A program made the position numbers and the translations under genes. A DNA stretch of 64,000 nucleotides from the NCBI RefSeq assembly GCF_006345805.1, contig NC_043026.1, positions 248,001-312,000 of the forward strand, in the 5' to 3' direction. The stretch is from Octopus sinensis (taxonomy: Eukaryota). Numbering within the stretch: position 1 is the stretch's first letter; every line of letters begins with the position of its first letter. Shown here piece by piece: positions 58,902-64,000 of this stretch. Under the pieces are notes generated by a model that was not told the DNA's origin, ran no database searches, and was given only the letters and a program-made list of their open reading frames with translations.

Positions 58902-60184
58902 CCCAGCACTTGATATCCATTGATACTATTGATGTTGTTAACGTCCATCCAATCCAGTTGACCACCACTGGTGATCCACATAAGTCACGTTTTACCTTTT
59001 AATAAAGAATCCATACAAATATTCTATCCAACATCGGTCTTTGAAGTTGTGATTCTCTTTCTCTCATTCCAGCTGTTGTTGTTGTTCACATTCACCCAAT
59101 CCAGCTGACCACCACTGGTGATCCACACAAGTCACGTTTTACCTGTTAATAAAGAATCCATATAAATATTGTATCCAACATCGGTCTTTTGAGTTGTGAT
59201 TCTTTTTCTCTCTTTCTGAGAGCTGTTGTTGTTGTTCCAGTTCACGACTGTCCTGACTATATGTAAAAGAGATGTGTGTGTATGTGTGCGTGCCAAAGTG
59301 CACGTATATACGTGCATGCGCGCCCATGCGTACGTGCATGCGTTGTGCGTGTGTGTAGATATCTGCGGTTTTATCTCTGTGATGTTGGGGAAAGCTGGCA
59401 GAAACGTTAGCACGCCGAGCGAAATGCTTAGCAGTATTTCGTCTGCCGCTACGTTCTGAGTTCAAATTCCGCAGAGGTCGACTTTACCTTTCATCCTTTC
59501 GGGGTCGATTAAATAAGTATCAATTACGCACTGGGGTCGATATAATCGACTTTGTCGATATAATCCGTTTGTCTGTCCTTGTTTGTCTCCTCTGTGTTTA
59601 GCCCAGGTATTTCGTCTGCTGCTACGTTCTGGGTTCATATTCCGCCGAGGCCCACTTTGCCTTTCATCCTTTCAGGGTCGATAAATTAAGTACCAGTTAC
59701 CTACTGGGGTCGATATGATCGACTTAATCCGTTTGTCTGTCCTTGTTTGTCCCCTCTGTGTTTATCCCCTTGTGGGTAATAAAAAAATAGATATGTCGTC
59801 TGCGCTACTTTCTGAGTTCAAATTCTGCTGAGGTCGACTTTACCTTTCATCCGTTCGGGGTCGATTAAATAAGTATCAATTACGCACTGGGGTCGATATA
59901 ACCGACTTAATCCGATTGTATGTCCTTGTTTGTCCCTTCTGTGTTTAACCCCTTGTGGGTAGTAAAGAAAGAGGATGTGGGGGAAAGCTTTCAGCAGATC
60001 AAATAGATCAGAACAATGATATAAAGGAAAGTGAAAAAATATCCGGCGTTTCGCCGAAACAGTCTTTCGGTTGGTCGCTCTAGCTTCATCAGTGGCGTGT
60101 TAAAGTGTGGTACGCTTCTGATTTCGTGACCGACGTTTCACTTTGATCTCTCTCCAGTTTCCATTCTCGTGTTACAGAACAAAC

Positions 60185-60946
60185 GTGGCAGCTCTCCTGG
60201 AAGTGTGCACCAAAGGAAAATATGGATCAGTGAAACTGCTTCTCTAATCTGAATATGTGTCAGGGGCTGCAATTCTTCGCAGGCTTTCAATACAAGTAAG
60301 GAACAGCGCTCTACTGCGTAGAAGTATTTACGAGAAGAGCGAGAAGTTTTAAATGGCCGGACAAGCGTGAAATACGAGCAGTGATAAGGACACCCATTAA
60401 CCGTCACCGGTGACGTGGAGATTTAACAATTTACAGAAATGCTTCTGGCGAACCAACGATTTCCCATTGATGAGATGGCTTATTCTCTGCAAATTATTAT
60501 CGTTCTGCATCCGCGACAAGCTTCGGTTCTGCAGAGTTAGTGCGAGAAGGGCGCCAAGAGAGCATTTCGATGTGAATAAACGCAATCGTGTGAATCTTTG
60601 TCAATTCTAACTCGAAAGCTTCAGCGATGAAACTAAAGTTGTTTTGAGGGAGCGTAGACACGATTGATGAAATCGGGGCCCATAACTTTGAGCCAGAATC
60701 CAAAATGTTTAGTATGAAGCGGAAACGACACGAATCACCAGTGGAAAAGAAATTCAAGATTCAACCTTCGGCAGAAAAACGTGATGGTAAGCGTTTTGGG
60801 GATGCAAAAGGGTCTATATTGCAACATTGTCCCTTAGATGAGGTCTACAGTGAAATGTTGGTTAACAAAGGGAAACCAGCAATTCGTAACAAACGCCGAT
60901 GTCTATTATTGTAAGACAATGCACGCCCATATTCAGCCACCCACAC

Positions 60947-60947
<1 letters not shown>
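60185..60947 (+). mobile_element. Mariner remnant, copy D flank
   Basis: Near-identical to 43917-44672; ends at (GATA)n. Confidence 0.85.
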
Positions 60948-61007
<60 letters not shown>

Positions 61008-62152
61008 GAGAGAGATAGATAGATTGATAAAGCAATAGATAGATAGATAGTTAGATTACCTTATAATAAAGCACCGTTAATTCCTAAGATACATGTAAAA
61101 ACATACAGAGTGAAACTGGTGTGAACTGTTCGTGTTATGCTTCGATGTCTGTAACTGTTGGCGTGTTTATTTGTAATGAAATGAAGAAAATTATCTATTA
61201 ACACATCAACTATCAATGGTTGAAATTAAGAGTGTACACAGGTGAGGACTATGTTCTTGTTCCATCATCCACGGTGATTGATTTCAATGATTTCCTATAA
61301 TGAAAGTCTTCGGTATAGCGACCTCAATTGTTCTGCTTTTATATCTCCACTCACAGAAACACCAACATCACATCACGCTATCACCAGGTATTAAAACTAC
61401 AACGTCACTATCACAAACACCGCAACAGCCTTACTGCTAACATCGGAACGACGTCAGTAACCACACAGCCGTATTTTCTGCGAGCTTAGTGAAACGCATG
61501 TCTCTATTGAAGGCCCTTTTATTCTTCATAGCAATCAAAGGAGACATATTGGAAAATCTGGTTTATTTTCACTTCTGTGGAGAAACAGTCATATTAGTAA
61601 ACAGTCTTGAACTGAGTTGATGGTTCTGTGTTTTGCTCATTTATGGACAGTCTATACGGTTTGATTATTTATGGACAGGCCTAAGTCTGTAAGTAATACT
61701 GATAAGAGAAATTAGGAGAGAAAGCAGTGGCCAGTACTGACAGTTACGAAGTGTTCAGACATCTGAAGACACAACTGTGGGTAATAGAGGGTAATATTGA
61801 CGGGAAAAGACAGTAAGGGAAACAGTGAAAAAGTTGTGACATTCACGAACCATCCTAACAAGAAGTCCTTACAGAACCACCTGAAGTGTGCGCTCTCCGC
61901 CCTACCTCACTGAAAGTAAGTGTGCTTTCTATCACATTGCATTTTATGTGTTCGGGTACGTGTTATGGCTAGGATATGTTGCAGTTAAGATTAGAGTGTG
62001 TGTGTGTGTGACAACAGTTGAAATAAGGGTGATTCTGCGTGCAAACGCCAATCTTGCGCTCTTCCAATTGTTGTATCGAGTAAACGCTCTCTCTCTCTCT
62101 CTCTTCCACACGCACATACACACTGTTTCCCTCCCCTTCTTCTCTCTCACAG

Positions 62153-62217
<65 letters not shown>

Positions 62218-62249
62218 CGTATGTGTGTGTATATATATATATATATATT

Positions 62250-62283
<34 letters not shown>

Positions 62284-62771
62284 CTTACATACATACAGAC
62301 AGACACCAAATATAGCGAAAAGTGCTTTACAGTGTAATCCGGATAGATATAGAAAGAAAGGTAGGCCTAAGATCTCATGGCGTAGATCAACACAGAAGGA
62401 ACTAGAGAAAGGGGGACATTCATAGAAGAGTATAAGTACAGAAGTGAAAAATTATGCGACATGGAATTCAACTCTAAGTGGCCTATACTCCGCGTTGGAG
62501 GGTTAAAGGCAGGAAAAAAAAACATACGTATGGAGCGAGTGACCAATCAAAGTCATTAATTTCGCATGTTAAACAGATTAATTTCGGTCAAGAGAATTAT
62601 GAAGTAAAAATGAGAGTGGACATTAAGCTAACAGTGAAGGAAATACATATTGAATTACCTGGATCTATTTAACTTGATCCATTTATTTTTATTATGTGTG
62701 TATGTGCGTGCGTGTGTGGTTGTAAGCGTGTTTGTGTGTAGGTGTGTGCTACATGCTCATTTATTTTACAG

Positions 62772-62935
62772 GTGAAACTGGTGATTTATAAAAACCATAC
62801 AGATGTGGTAACTATAATATTTGATGGACGAAATACAACCCTTCAAAGCTGATTCTCTCACGAAAAGTTGAAAAATTCACCGTGGAACGACCTAGCTTCA
62901 GCCACCGGAGTTCAATTCTCAATTGAGGGATATCA
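62772..62935 (+). pseudogene. Copy E: extra exon 3 with an in-frame TGA replacing a conserved TGG
   Basis: Intact TTACAG acceptor and CA|GTATGC donor, 164 nt; CTT CAA AGC TGA at 62850-62852 where all other copies have TGG. Confidence 0.85.
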
Positions 62936-63170
62936 GTATGCAAATATATTTTTCATCATCTTTTATTTTGTTATGTAGAGACCTATAGTGTTAAAAAAAG
63001 TCACTTTACGTACGCTATAGATAAATTTTAACACTATACATTTCGACGCGACACTTTCTGGGGATGAACAACGCATCTCTAGGCTTTCAACATTATATCT
63101 TCATTTATTATAATATACAGAATGCAATTTTGAACTAATACTGCTTCCGCCCGTAATAATGAAATACATC

Positions 63171-64000
63171 CTGCCTCTTGACTAACAGCAACGCTGGTGA
63201 TTTGTTAATCACTGTTTTTCTATACCGAGGCTAAATAGGTCTGCGCATGCGGTTGTCAATGACTACTTCATATTGATGTTTTGAAAGAAACAGGAATACG
63301 TACAGCGGGAAGACCGAAAATGTCTTGAAAGTCATAACGTACCGACGGGAAATAATATCACTAGGTGAGACGAGCTGACACTGAATCAGCTTCGCTGACT
63401 GACAGGTGACGCTCATTTAGAGAATGCGCGGGCTAAAACTACGCACATTCACTAGTCAGTTAAGGTGAGACAGTGTCACGTGACAACTTTCTGCTGCTTC
63501 CTGCTGGAGCCTCGGGGTCAGTTATTTAAAGGGAGAATTTTGACAAGTCTGTCATTCAACGGCTGACACCGGTTTGGAGTGGTTCGTTTTTTGCGAGCTG
63601 CTGACTGTTCGTTGAGCGTCGAATTTGTTGTTGTTGAACGTTTCGGTTTGAGGTTTTTTTTTATCGTTGTCTGTCTGTGTTGAGACAGACAACGATAAAA
63701 AAGGGACTGCCCCTCCCTAACGGGAGAGATGGCAGGAAGAAATTTGTTTGAAAGTTTGTCGGAATTGTCAACGTCTGAGGAGGAACTAGAAAGAGCAGTG
63801 AAAAGAATGGATAAGAAGCTTGAAAATACGTATGCAGGAGTAACGAAGAAGAAGTCGGAAGAAAAGGGGATAGACCTGGTTAAACTGCCAGGTTTCCAGG
63901 AATTTATGAAAGACGAAGACGGTGAAGTCGAACTGTCACCACCAACAAAGCGTGGGGAGTGGTTCGAACGCAGGACCCTCAAATATAGAATGTAAGATAG
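63171..64000 (+). mobile_element. Longer version of the intron-3 insertion with a downstream ORF (63729-63995), possibly a retroelement ORF1 5' region
   Basis: Matches 56774-57171 up to GGCTGACAC (~63569), then diverges into an 88-codon charged ORF (MAGRNLFESLSELSTSEEELERAVKRMDKKLENTYAGVTKKK...). The class is not established. Confidence 0.45.

Overview
Eukaryotic, repeat-rich DNA, most likely from an octopus (inferred from the tRNA-derived SINE families and the [11 protein letters not shown]-type C2H2 array; no search was run). There is no prokaryotic content and no CRISPR array. (1) 540-13330 is a single tRNA-derived SINE whose 170-bp head is amplified to 74 tandem copies, including a 4591-bp (27-monomer) higher-order duplication. 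(2) About 13.7-16.5 kb is a frameshifted C2H2 zinc-finger array on the minus strand. (3) 16.7-25 kb holds SINEs, a CR1 3' end, a 51-bp minisatellite and a decayed mariner carrying a hAT-like insertion. (4) 25.4-64 kb is a cluster of a five-exon gene encoding a ~296-aa secreted protein (signal peptide, degenerate PAN/apple-like module, and an uncharacterised Trp/Cys-containing C-terminal domain). Copy D (47666-58901, +) has an intact spliced ORF. Copy A (-) has a single 1-bp frameshift. Copy B (+) has a SINE with a 20-bp TSD inside exon 3. Copy C (exons 4-5) and copy E (exon 3) are partial. A and B lie in ~8-kb inverted arms, and the 3' half of the gene is re-duplicated as a cassette. All exon boundaries and translations were worked out by hand; family names come from motif recognition.
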